From assembly GCA_028700905.1 (NCBI GenBank), contig JAQVRT010000001.1, positions 21,243-53,242 of the forward strand: 32,000 nucleotides of DNA. The letters are read 5' to 3'. Shown piece after piece: positions 1 to 6,857 of the stretch. A model generated the notes under the pieces. The model was not told the origin of the DNA, ran no database searches, and saw nothing but the letters and a program-made list of their open reading frames with translations. Every line of letters begins with the position of its first letter. Within the stretch, counting starts at the first letter, position 1. Origin of the DNA: Candidatus Iainarchaeum sp. Its GTDB lineage: Archaea > Iainarchaeota > Iainarchaeia > Iainarchaeales > CSSED10-239. The position numbers and the translations under genes were made by a program.

Positions 1-381
1 CTTTCAGATCTTAAAAAAGTTGGTATTAAGGCTCAAGTAAAAGGAGCTACAATCCATGTTACAAAAGATACTGTTATTGCAAAAGAAGGAGATGTTATCA
101 ATGAAGATATTGTAAGTACTTTATCAAAGCTTGACATTAAACCTGTTGAATTAATTTTAGAAGTTGTCTTTATTAAAGAAGATGGAATAATTTATTCAAA
201 AGATGTTTTAGATGTTGATGCTGAAACAATATATAACAATTTCATAACTGCTGTAAGACAATCAATTAATTTAGGTGTTGAAATATCTTACGCAACAGAA
301 CTTACAATTGAGCCTATGATAATGATGGCTGAATTGAAAGCAAAAGCCTTAGAAAAAGAGGTTGAAGAAAAAGGAAATTAA
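1..381 (+). CDS. rplP0: Ribosomal stalk protein uL10 (P0), C-terminal part; 5' end outside window
   Basis: Frame +1 is open from base 1 to TAA 379-381. The translation (...LSKLDIKPVELILEVVFIKEDGIIYSKDVLDVDAETIYNNFITAVRQSINLGVEISYATELTIEPMIMMAELKAKALEKEVEEKGN) resembles the region of archaeal P0 preceding the stalk helix. It lies directly upstream of P1/L12, as in the conserved L10-L12 pair. Confidence 0.7.
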   Translation, partial: LSDLKKVGIKAQVKGATIHVTKDTVIAKEGDVINEDIVSTLSKLDIKPVELILEVVFIKEDGIIYSKDVLDVDAETIYNNFITAVRQSINLGVEISYATELTIEPMIMMAELKAKALEKEVEEKGN

Positions 382-431
382 ATTTTCCTTTTTTTTATAA
401 AAAAAAATTAAAAATAAGAGGGTGAATTAGT

Positions 432-722
432 ATGGATTATATCTATGCAGTTTTATTATTACACAATGCAAAAAAAGAAATTACAGATGCAAATGTTAAA
501 GCAGTATTAACTGCTGCAGGCGTTTCTGTTGATGATGGAAAATTAAAAGGTCTTTTAGCTTCATTAAAAGAAGTAAATATCGCTGAAGCTATAGAAAAAG
601 CATCAATGCCTGTTGCTGCTGCAGCTGGTCCTGCTGCTGAAGTAAAAGAAGAAAAGAAAGAAGAAGAAGTTGAAGTTTCAGAAGAATCAGCTGCTGAAGG
701 TTTAGGTTCTCTTTTCGGTTAG
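432..722 (+). CDS. rpl12: Ribosomal stalk protein P1 (archaeal L12)
   Basis: N-terminus [11 protein letters not shown], Ala/Pro hinge AAAAGPAAE, acidic [14 protein letters not shown] tract and the universal C-terminal GLGSLFG. GGTGA ribosome-binding site 6 nt upstream. Confidence 0.95.
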   Translation: MDYIYAVLLLHNAKKEITDANVKAVLTAAGVSVDDGKLKGLLASLKEVNIAEAIEKASMPVAAAAGPAAEVKEEKKEEEVEVSEESAAEGLGSLFG

Positions 723-751
723 AGGTTTTCTTTAACCTTTTTTTTTTTTTT
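723..751 (+). terminator. Short hairpin (AGGTT-loop-AACCT) running into a 14-T tract after the stalk operon
   Basis: AGGTT 723-727 pairs with AACCT 734-738. An uninterrupted T run follows at 738-751. Oligo-T tracts are the known archaeal termination signal. Confidence 0.55.
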
Positions 752-816
752 AATTAAAGATTTTTTAATAAACATATAAAGTTAAGAAAAAGATTTTTTC
801 TTTTTCTTTATTTCTT

Positions 817-835
817 TTTCTCGGCCTTTTTCTTT
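817..835 (+). repeat. Copy 1 of 19-nt direct repeat TTTCTCGGCCTTTTTCTTT (candidate operator/promoter element upstream of the NYN gene)
   Basis: 18/19 identical to 1472-1490. The CTCGGCC core stands out in very AT-rich intergenic DNA. Confidence 0.5.
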
Positions 836-883
836 AGATATCTTTTTAAACGTTTAGTAATTATATCTATTTATCAATAAGCC

Positions 884-925
884 CCAACACCGTTATAAAG
901 TTCTTGCAATAGGACAAGGTGTTGG
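884..925 (+). promoter_or_regulatory. 8-bp GC-rich inverted repeat CCAACACC / GGTGTTGG with a 26-nt spacer containing TTATAAAG
   Basis: 884-891 is the exact reverse complement of 918-925. The right arm covers the GGTG ribosome-binding-like motif and the GTG at 919, just upstream of ATG 937. Confidence 0.4.
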
Positions 926-936
926 ATGATATTATT

Positions 937-1467
937 ATGTGTCTGAAAGATAGTTTAATAATTTTTATAGATAATGCTTATCTTAAAAAAGTATATTCTT
1001 TTTATAATAAATCTAATTTTAATTTTGATATTAAAAAATTTTCAATGAATCTTGCAAAAGAAAACAAACTTTTTTGTAAAAAAATATATCTTTATGACGC
1101 ACCTCCTTTTGAAAATAATTCTTTAAAGATGGAAAAATATAATTCCTTTAAAAAGTATTTAAAAAAAAGAAATATCTTTATTAGAGAAGGCAAATTACAA
1201 AAAATATCTGATAGGTATACTCAAAAGGGTGTAGATAGTTTACTTACAATGGATCTTTTAATTAACTCTTTTGAAAAAAATGCTTTTAATTTTATAATTA
1301 TTACTGCTGATACTGATTTTGTGCCTGTTATTGCTGAAGTTAAAAACAAAGCTATAAAAGTTATTTTGTATTGTTTAATAAATAAATCCAGACATTTCTT
1401 TTTATCAAATCATTTATTATCTATTTGTGATGAAGTTAAGATTATTAAAGAAACCCATTTTAATTAG
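937..1467 (+). CDS. NYN-domain (LabA/DUF88-like) predicted ribonuclease
   Basis: QKGVDSLLTMDLL and IIITADTDFVPVI match the acidic-residue motifs of the NYN/LabA family. The track ORF opens at GTG 919. ATG 937 is preferred because GATGAT lies 6 nt upstream. Confidence 0.75.
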   Translation: MCLKDSLIIFIDNAYLKKVYSFYNKSNFNFDIKKFSMNLAKENKLFCKKIYLYDAPPFENNSLKMEKYNSFKKYLKKRNIFIREGKLQKISDRYTQKGVDSLLTMDLLINSFEKNAFNFIIITADTDFVPVIAEVKNKAIKVILYCLINKSRHFFLSNHLLSICDEVKIIKETHFN

Positions 1468-1471
1468 TTTC

Positions 1472-1490
1472 TTTCTCGGCCTTGTTCTTT
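1472..1490 (+). repeat. Copy 2 of the 19-nt direct repeat (TTTCTCGGCCTTGTTCTTT), abutting the hef promoter
   Basis: 18/19 identical to 817-835. It lies immediately 5' of the TATA-like box at 1492-1505. Confidence 0.5.
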
Positions 1491-1491
1491 C

Positions 1492-1505
1492 AATAAATAT
1501 ATAAA
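1492..1505 (+). promoter_or_regulatory. TATA-like box (AATAAATATATAAA) for a near-leaderless hef transcript
   Basis: Centred about 31 nt upstream of ATG 1530. No Shine-Dalgarno-like motif lies between the box and the start codon. Confidence 0.4.
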
Positions 1506-1529
1506 CTATTTATTCTATTATTATATATC

Positions 1530-3116
1530 ATGTTAGAAGACAAGTACATTACTTTTCCATATATAAAGAAAAATACTGTGGAAAAAAGAGTTTATCAAGA
1601 ACTATTGACTGCAAAAGCTATTGAAACATCAACTTTAGTTGTAGCTCCAACTGGTCTTGGTAAAACCATTGTTGCAGTTTTACTTATAGGGTTTATATAT
1701 AATCCAAAAAAATCAATTTTATTTTTAGCACCAACAAAACCTCTTGTCTCACAACATAAAAAATCTTTAGAAAAAGTTTTAGACGTTGATCCTGATAAAA
1801 TAATACTTTTAACTGGACAAATTCCTCCTGAAAAAAGAAAAGAAATTTATTCTCAAAAAGGTTTAGTTATTTGTGCTACTCCTCAAACAATAGATAATGA
1901 TATTAAAAATAATCTTTTAAAAGAAGATAACTTTAATTTAATTATTTTTGATGAAGCTCACAGAGCTGTTGGAGAATATGCTTATGTTTCTATTTCTTCT
2001 TTTTTTAATGAAGAAACTAAAAGACTTGCATTAACTGCATCTCCTGGTTATAATAAACAGAAAATTAAAGAAATTGCAGATAACTTAAAAATAAAACATA
2101 TAGAAATTAAAACTGAATCTGATTTAGATGTTATTGATTATGTAAAAGATATTGAGATTGAAACTGTTTTTGTTGAGCTTGATGGAGTTTCAAAAAAAAT
2201 TTCAAAACTTTTAGATTCATTTATTTTAAATAAAATAGAACTTTTAAGAAAACTTAATTTATCTGTCTCTTCAAATTTTACAAAAAAACAAATATTAATG
2301 GTTCAACAGCAGTTATTCAAAAGACTTGAATCTTCTAAAAATTCATTAAATTTTGTTGCACTTATAAATGTGTCTTTAGCGTTAAAAGCACTTTATGCAA
2401 AAGAGTTAATTGAAACTCAAGGTTTTTTACCTTTAAAACATTATCTTGAAAAAGCTTTTGTAGATTCTAAATCTTCAAAAACTACAAAAACTTTAAATCA
2501 ATTTGTAAATTCTAAAGAAATTTTAGAAACTTATTCTTTATTAATTAATCTAGATTATTCAAAACCAATTTATTCTAAGGAAAAAGAAATTGTAGAATTG
2601 GTTAAAAACTTTATTTTAAATAATCCTTCTTCAAAAATATTAATTTTTAATAATTTTAGAGATTCTGCTCAAAATATTTCTAATTATTTAAATCAATATG
2701 ATCAGATAAATAGTGTTAGATTTGTTGGACAATCTTCTAAAGAAAAAGATAAAGGATTATCTCAAAAAGAACAATCTCAAATAATTTCTGACTTTAGAGA
2801 TGGATTAAACAATGTTTTAGTGTGTACTTCTGTTGGTGAAGAAGGACTTGATATTCCTTCAGTTGATTTAGTTATTTTTTATGATGCAGTTCCTTCAGAA
2901 ATAAGATCTATACAGAGAAGAGGAAGGACAGGTAGGTTTAATGCAGGTAAAGTCATTATTCTTTTAAACAAAGATACAATTGATGAACATTATTATTATG
3001 TTTCTTTAAAGAAAGAAAAAACTATGAACAAAAATTTAATTTCCATGTCAAGAGATGGAGATTTAAAAATTGTTAAGAGAAAGAAAAAAGTTCAAAAAAA
3101 TTTAGGTGATTTTTAA
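1530..3116 (+). CDS. hef: Hef-type SF2 helicase (helicase half of Hef/FANCM-like protein)
   Basis: Helicase motifs VVAPTGLGKT (I), FDEAHRA (II, DEAH), LTASPG (III), VCTSVGEEGLDIP (V) and QRRGRTGR (VI). The similarity to the Pyrococcus Hef helicase domain, as recalled from memory, extends along the protein, including the inserted helical domain and a C-terminus ending in ...LGDF. Confidence 0.85.
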   Translation: MLEDKYITFPYIKKNTVEKRVYQELLTAKAIETSTLVVAPTGLGKTIVAVLLIGFIYNPKKSILFLAPTKPLVSQHKKSLEKVLDVDPDKIILLTGQIPPEKRKEIYSQKGLVICATPQTIDNDIKNNLLKEDNFNLIIFDEAHRAVGEYAYVSISSFFNEETKRLALTASPGYNKQKIKEIADNLKIKHIEIKTESDLDVIDYVKDIEIETVFVELDGVSKKISKLLDSFILNKIELLRKLNLSVSSNFTKKQILMVQQQLFKRLESSKNSLNFVALINVSLALKALYAKELIETQGFLPLKHYLEKAFVDSKSSKTTKTLNQFVNSKEILETYSLLINLDYSKPIYSKEKEIVELVKNFILNNPSSKILIFNNFRDSAQNISNYLNQYDQINSVRFVGQSSKEKDKGLSQKEQSQIISDFRDGLNNVLVCTSVGEEGLDIPSVDLVIFYDAVPSEIRSIQRRGRTGRFNAGKVIILLNKDTIDEHYYYVSLKKEKTMNKNLISMSRDGDLKIVKRKKKVQKNLGDF

Positions 3117-3133
3117 AAAAGAGTTGTGATTAT

Positions 3134-3592
3134 ATGGATTTATTAGAGTTTATAATTGAAGCTAAAAAGAATACATATGCATCTTCTCGTTTAACAGATA
3201 AATTAAATAAAGATGGTTCTAAAGAATTAATCTTTGAAAAAGCTTCTTTAAAGTATGTTGATAAATATTATGGATATAATCCTTTTTCAGGTCAAGAAAT
3301 TATTTTTAAAGAAGATAAAAGTATTTGGGCTATGAATTATTATGGATTTATAAAAGATCATTTAGTTTCTGAAAAAGAAGTTTATTCTTTTTTAAAAAAA
3401 GCTTTACTTAATGTTGAAAAAAGATTTCCGTTTAGAGGTCCAAATATTTATAGAGAAGGAGATTTTGAATATTTTTCTGATACTTCTGGATTTATTGAAG
3501 AATTTAATGGAAAGGAAAGAATTGATTATAATGGTAAAACTGTGTATCATGGTTTTTATCATGGTGGTCTTTTAAGAGATAAATTAATTTAA
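3134..3592 (+). CDS. DUF5680-like protein of unknown function
   Basis: LEFIIEAKKNTYAS, WAMNYYG, FPFRGP and YHGFYHGG resemble the conserved blocks of the DUF5680 family as recalled. GTGAT RBS 5 nt upstream. 17- and 19-nt gaps to the flanking genes. Confidence 0.55.
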   Translation: MDLLEFIIEAKKNTYASSRLTDKLNKDGSKELIFEKASLKYVDKYYGYNPFSGQEIIFKEDKSIWAMNYYGFIKDHLVSEKEVYSFLKKALLNVEKRFPFRGPNIYREGDFEYFSDTSGFIEEFNGKERIDYNGKTVYHGFYHGGLLRDKLI

Positions 3593-3611
3593 TTTTAAAA
3601 AATGATTTTTT

Positions 3612-4280
3612 ATGACATCAAAAGAAATAAATATTATTTGCGATACTAGAGAAAAAGCTTCTTCTGTTTTATCTGAGCTTTCTTCTCTTTCAGATAATGA
3701 TATAAAAGTTAATGTTATTTTAGAACAATTATCTGTTGGAGATTATCAAATTTCTGATGATATTGTAATTGAGAGAAAAACCTTATCTGATCTTGAAACT
3801 TCAATTATTGATGGTAGAATATTTTCTCAATTGCAAGATCTTTCTCTTGTTAAAAGATCTGCTTTAATTATTGAAGGAGACCCTTTTTTATTGTATAATA
3901 GTAGAAGAATAAATGGTAAAGCGCTAATTGGTTTAATTACTTCTGTTGGACTTAATTATAGAATTCCTTTATTTTTTACAAAAAATCAAAAACAAACTGC
4001 TTTATTTTTGTATACCATGGCAAAAAAAGAACAACTTAAAAATGGAACTTCTGAATCTAAACTAAGGTATCAAAAAAATAAAATGTCAGGTACTCAATTC
4101 CAATTATTTATAATGCAGTCTTTTCCAGATGTAGGACCTACTCTTGCAAAATCTATTTTAAAAGAATTTAAATCTATTAAAAATATTTCAAATGCAAGTA
4201 TTGAAGATTTATTAAAAGTTCCAAAACTTGGACCTAAAAAAGCTCAAAAAATAAAATATCTTTTTGAAAGAGAATATTAG
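3612..4280 (+). CDS. XPF/ERCC4-family structure-specific nuclease with C-terminal (HhH)2 (nuclease half of Hef)
   Basis: ICDTREK, then GDYQISDDIVIERKTLSDL (the GDxnERKxxxD nuclease signature). Two helix-hairpin-helix motifs (FPDVGPTLAKSIL, VPKLGPKKAQKI) at the C-terminus. Confidence 0.85.
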   Translation: MTSKEINIICDTREKASSVLSELSSLSDNDIKVNVILEQLSVGDYQISDDIVIERKTLSDLETSIIDGRIFSQLQDLSLVKRSALIIEGDPFLLYNSRRINGKALIGLITSVGLNYRIPLFFTKNQKQTALFLYTMAKKEQLKNGTSESKLRYQKNKMSGTQFQLFIMQSFPDVGPTLAKSILKEFKSIKNISNASIEDLLKVPKLGPKKAQKIKYLFEREY

Positions 4281-4300
4281 TTATATTTAAATATATTTTT

Positions 4301-4316
4301 AAACATAATTATGTTT
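4301..4316 (+). promoter_or_regulatory. Perfect 16-bp palindrome AAACATAATTATGTTT (candidate toxin-antitoxin operator)
   Basis: The sequence equals its own reverse complement. It lies 32 nt upstream of the antitoxin ATG 4348, inside AT-rich promoter-like DNA. Confidence 0.4.
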
Positions 4317-4347
4317 ATATACGTTATTATGTGTAGGTGGTTTTTTT

Positions 4348-4587
4348 ATGGTGAGTGTTACTTTAGCTGTTTCAAAAGAAATAAAAGAAAAGATGAATAA
4401 ATATAATGAAATTAATTGGTCTGAGTTTATTAGACAAAAATTAATTTCAAAAATTAATGAACTTGATAAAATAGAATATATTTTAAAAGATGAAAAAAAA
4501 ATAACTGAATGGTCTTTAGATATTCAAAAAAAATCAAGAACTTCTTCAAATAGATTTGATTCTCTTAAAAAGATGGGGTTGATTTAA
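4348..4587 (+). CDS. Putative RHH/VapB-like antitoxin
   Basis: 79 aa. VTLAVSKEIKEKMNKYNEINWSEFIRQKL resembles the archaeal ribbon-helix-helix antitoxin pattern (..V..ELKE.M......NWSE.IR). AGGTGG RBS upstream. Its stop is 1 nt before the PIN gene start. Confidence 0.5.
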   Translation: MVSVTLAVSKEIKEKMNKYNEINWSEFIRQKLISKINELDKIEYILKDEKKITEWSLDIQKKSRTSSNRFDSLKKMGLI

Positions 4588-4588
4588 T

Positions 4589-5014
4589 TTGGATGTAGTT
4601 GTTGATTCTAATATTTTATTTTCTTATTTTTGGAAAAATTCAATAACTAAAAAAATAATTGATTTAGATATTTTCAATCTTTATTCTCCTGATTTTGCAT
4701 TAACTGAAATTAATAAATATAAATCTGATATTATTAAAAAAACAAAAATTTCTTCTTCTGAGTTTAATTTAGTTTTAGATGAACTAAAATCAAAAATAAA
4801 GTTTGTGTCTGTTTTAAAATATTCTTCTGAGTTTAAAAAAATTGATTTAAATAAAAAGCCTGATGTTAATGATGTAGATTTTTTTGCTTGTTCATTATAT
4901 TTAAATGCTGTAATTTGGTCTAATGATGTTATTTTAAAGAATCAATCTTTATGTGTTGTTTTTAATACAAAAGATATTTTAGAAATTATTAAAAAAATAA
5001 GTTATGTTTTTTAA
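4589..5014 (+). CDS. PIN-domain (VapC-like) toxin
   Basis: Acidic PIN residues in the expected order: VVVDSNIL, SPDFALTEINKY, DVNDVDFFACSL, WSNDVIL. TTG start with GTTGAT 5 nt upstream. Confidence 0.7.
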   Translation: MDVVVDSNILFSYFWKNSITKKIIDLDIFNLYSPDFALTEINKYKSDIIKKTKISSSEFNLVLDELKSKIKFVSVLKYSSEFKKIDLNKKPDVNDVDFFACSLYLNAVIWSNDVILKNQSLCVVFNTKDILEIIKKISYVF

Positions 5015-5526
5015 AATAAAGAAAGTGCTATTTTTTCAATTATTTCTTTTTCAATATTCTTTTTATTTTTAATATTATAATAGTTTATTATTTCTTTTAT
5101 TTTAGGAGAGTATTTTTTAGTAATTTTTTTAACATCTAATTTTTTTAAAACATCTTTATTTATTTTTTTCTCTTGACTTAAGATATTTAAAAAATAATTG
5201 TTTTTTCCTTCTTTAATATACCAATCTTTAGAAATTCCTTTAATTTGATTTGTATTTGAAAGAATCATTAAAGTTTCTGTAAAGAGGTTCTTTGAAATAT
5301 TGATGTTTTCTATACATCTTAATTTTCCATTAAAAATAGCCCAATTAATGTGGTTTTCATTGTAAATTAGGGGTTCTGGAACCAAAATAATGGATATTTT
5401 CCCTTTTTGCTCTTTTTCTATGTTTTCAATTCTTTTTAAATATTTTTCTATATTATTAATATCTATAGAGCAATATATATTTTCTATATAATAGCTTTTT
5501 TTAAAAATACTAAATGAGTTTTTCAT
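5011..5526 (-). CDS. cgi121: KEOPS complex subunit Cgi121-like protein
   Basis: LFTETLMILSNTNQIKGI parallels the Cgi121 block (E.L.R.SG.RQI..AI). The C-terminal EKEIIEKIALSLF parallels ..VLEKIALIEL of the Methanocaldococcus protein as recalled. Confidence 0.6.
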   Translation of the reverse strand: MKNSFSIFKKSYYIENIYCSIDINNIEKYLKRIENIEKEQKGKISIILVPEPLIYNENHINWAIFNGKLRCIENINISKNLFTETLMILSNTNQIKGISKDWYIKEGKNNYFLNILSQEKKINKDVLKKLDVKKITKKYSPKIKEIINYYNIKNKKNIEKEIIEKIALSLF

Positions 5527-5592
5527 ATTAATATATTGAATAATTTAGTTTAAAAACATAATTATATTTTAAATCAAGGAGTTGAATACAAA

Positions 5593-5988
5593 ATGGTTGA
5601 ATGGATTAAAAAATCAAAAAGAAAAAAAACAGGTGGAATAGATAACTCTGTTAATTTTAAAACAAAAGCTTTATCTGATAGAGGTGGATCTTTTGTAAAA
5701 ACTGTTGTTGATGATTCTGAAAAGAAATTTAAAGAAAGAACAAGAGGCGGAAATGAAAAATTAAAAATTTCAAAAGCATCTACTGTTTTAGTTTCAGATA
5801 ATGGTAAATCTTTTAAAGCAAAAGTTTTAAATGTTGTAGAAAATCATGCAAATAAACAATTTGTAAGACAAAAAGTAATTACAAAAGGTTCAATTGTTGT
5901 AATTGAAAAAGATGGTAAAGAACATAAAGCAAAAGTTACTTCAAGACCAGGACAAACAGGTCAAGTTACTGCTGTTTTAGTAAAATAG
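5593..5988 (+). CDS. rps8e: 30S ribosomal protein eS8
   Basis: KKSKRKKTGG, RTRGGNEKLK, NVVENHANKQFVRQKVITKGSIV and KVTSRPGQTGQVTAVL are characteristic of S8e. GGAG RBS upstream. Confidence 0.9.
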   Translation: MVEWIKKSKRKKTGGIDNSVNFKTKALSDRGGSFVKTVVDDSEKKFKERTRGGNEKLKISKASTVLVSDNGKSFKAKVLNVVENHANKQFVRQKVITKGSIVVIEKDGKEHKAKVTSRPGQTGQVTAVLVK

Positions 5989-5998
5989 ATTTTAAGAT

Positions 5999-6541
5999 AT
6001 GTTAACTTTTTTTAAAAAAATTAAAAGAGATTTAAAGACTAAAAAAAAATTAAAAGAATCTCTTTATTTTTTATTATTTTTTATAATTTCTTTTTCTCTT
6101 ATTTATCTTTTATTATCAAAGACATTAATTTATAATTTCATAAATTATTTTTATGGTTCTCTTTCAAGCACTCTTTTAAATATTTTTTATAATATTCCTT
6201 CTACTTTTTATTATGATTTTATAGAACAGGTAACTTTTCTAATAATTCCAAGTATAGAGTATCCTGTTGCAATTGTTTTCTTGTGCACAGGTATTTTAGA
6301 GTTTTCTTTAATTATAAGTGCTATTGTTTCAACAATTGGTTTTTCTTTAAGAAAGAAAATAAAATGGGTGTTATTTTCTTCTTTCCTTGTAATTATTTTT
6401 AATCTTTTAAGAATAACTTTTACAATATTTATAATTGATTATTTTAATTTAGAAATAGCTAACTTTTTCCATGGTTTTTTATTTAGATTATTTTTAGTAT
6501 TTATTGTTATTGGTACTTATTATTTTTTCTTAAAATCTTAA
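5999..6541 (+). CDS. Small exosortase/archaeosortase-family membrane protein (ArtE-like)
   Basis: 180 aa with about 5 hydrophobic helices. The family-defining residues occur in order: Cys in VFLCTGILEF, Arg in NLLRITF, His in FFHGFLF. Confidence 0.55.
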   Translation: MLTFFKKIKRDLKTKKKLKESLYFLLFFIISFSLIYLLLSKTLIYNFINYFYGSLSSTLLNIFYNIPSTFYYDFIEQVTFLIIPSIEYPVAIVFLCTGILEFSLIISAIVSTIGFSLRKKIKWVLFSSFLVIIFNLLRITFTIFIIDYFNLEIANFFHGFLFRLFLVFIVIGTYYFFLKS

Positions 6542-6545
6542 ATTT

Positions 6546-6857
6546 TTATTTTTTAGGACCTTTCTTAATCTTTGGTTTTTTCTTTTTACAATTTTCATTA
6601 ATAATATTAATCTCTTTTGTTAATTTATCATTCTTTTTTTGAAGACTTGAGATTTCACAAAGAATAATTTCTGCAAATTCTTTATTTCCTTTATTTGATC
6701 TTATCATGTCTTTACAGTATTCTATATTAATGTTATTAAGTTCAATTTTTTCAGAATTAGAAATTGTACCTACTCTGTTTTTTTCTTGTAATTTATTTTT
6801 TCTTTTTGCAATTGGAGATGATGAATGGTTCCATTTTTTATTTATTTCAGTTGTCAT
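6546..6857 (-). CDS. Hypothetical basic/coiled-coil protein
   Basis: 103-aa Lys-rich ORF. Its ATG overlaps the stop of the upstream minus-strand gene (ATGA at 6854-6857), which implies translational coupling. No recognisable family. Confidence 0.5.
   Translation of the reverse strand: MTTEINKKWNHSSSPIAKRKNKLQEKNRVGTISNSEKIELNNINIEYCKDMIRSNKGNKEFAEIILCEISSLQKKNDKLTKEINIINENCKKKKPKIKKGPKK

Noticed and set aside
2451-3405. AAAGCTTT palindrome as a standalone regulatory motif.
   Set aside because: It also occurs inside coding sequence (2451-2458, 3398-3405 and elsewhere) because AAA-GCT-TTT is a common Lys-Ala-Phe codon string here. On its own it is not statistically meaningful.
919-4280. Reading NYN + helicase + DUF5680 + ERCC4 nuclease (+ adjacent TA) as a dedicated anti-phage defence island.
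   Set aside because: The helicase and nuclease align along their length with housekeeping Hef rather than with defence helicases. There are no flanking integrase, tRNA-att or compositional signs of an island. It is kept only as a minor alternative within the split-Hef finding.
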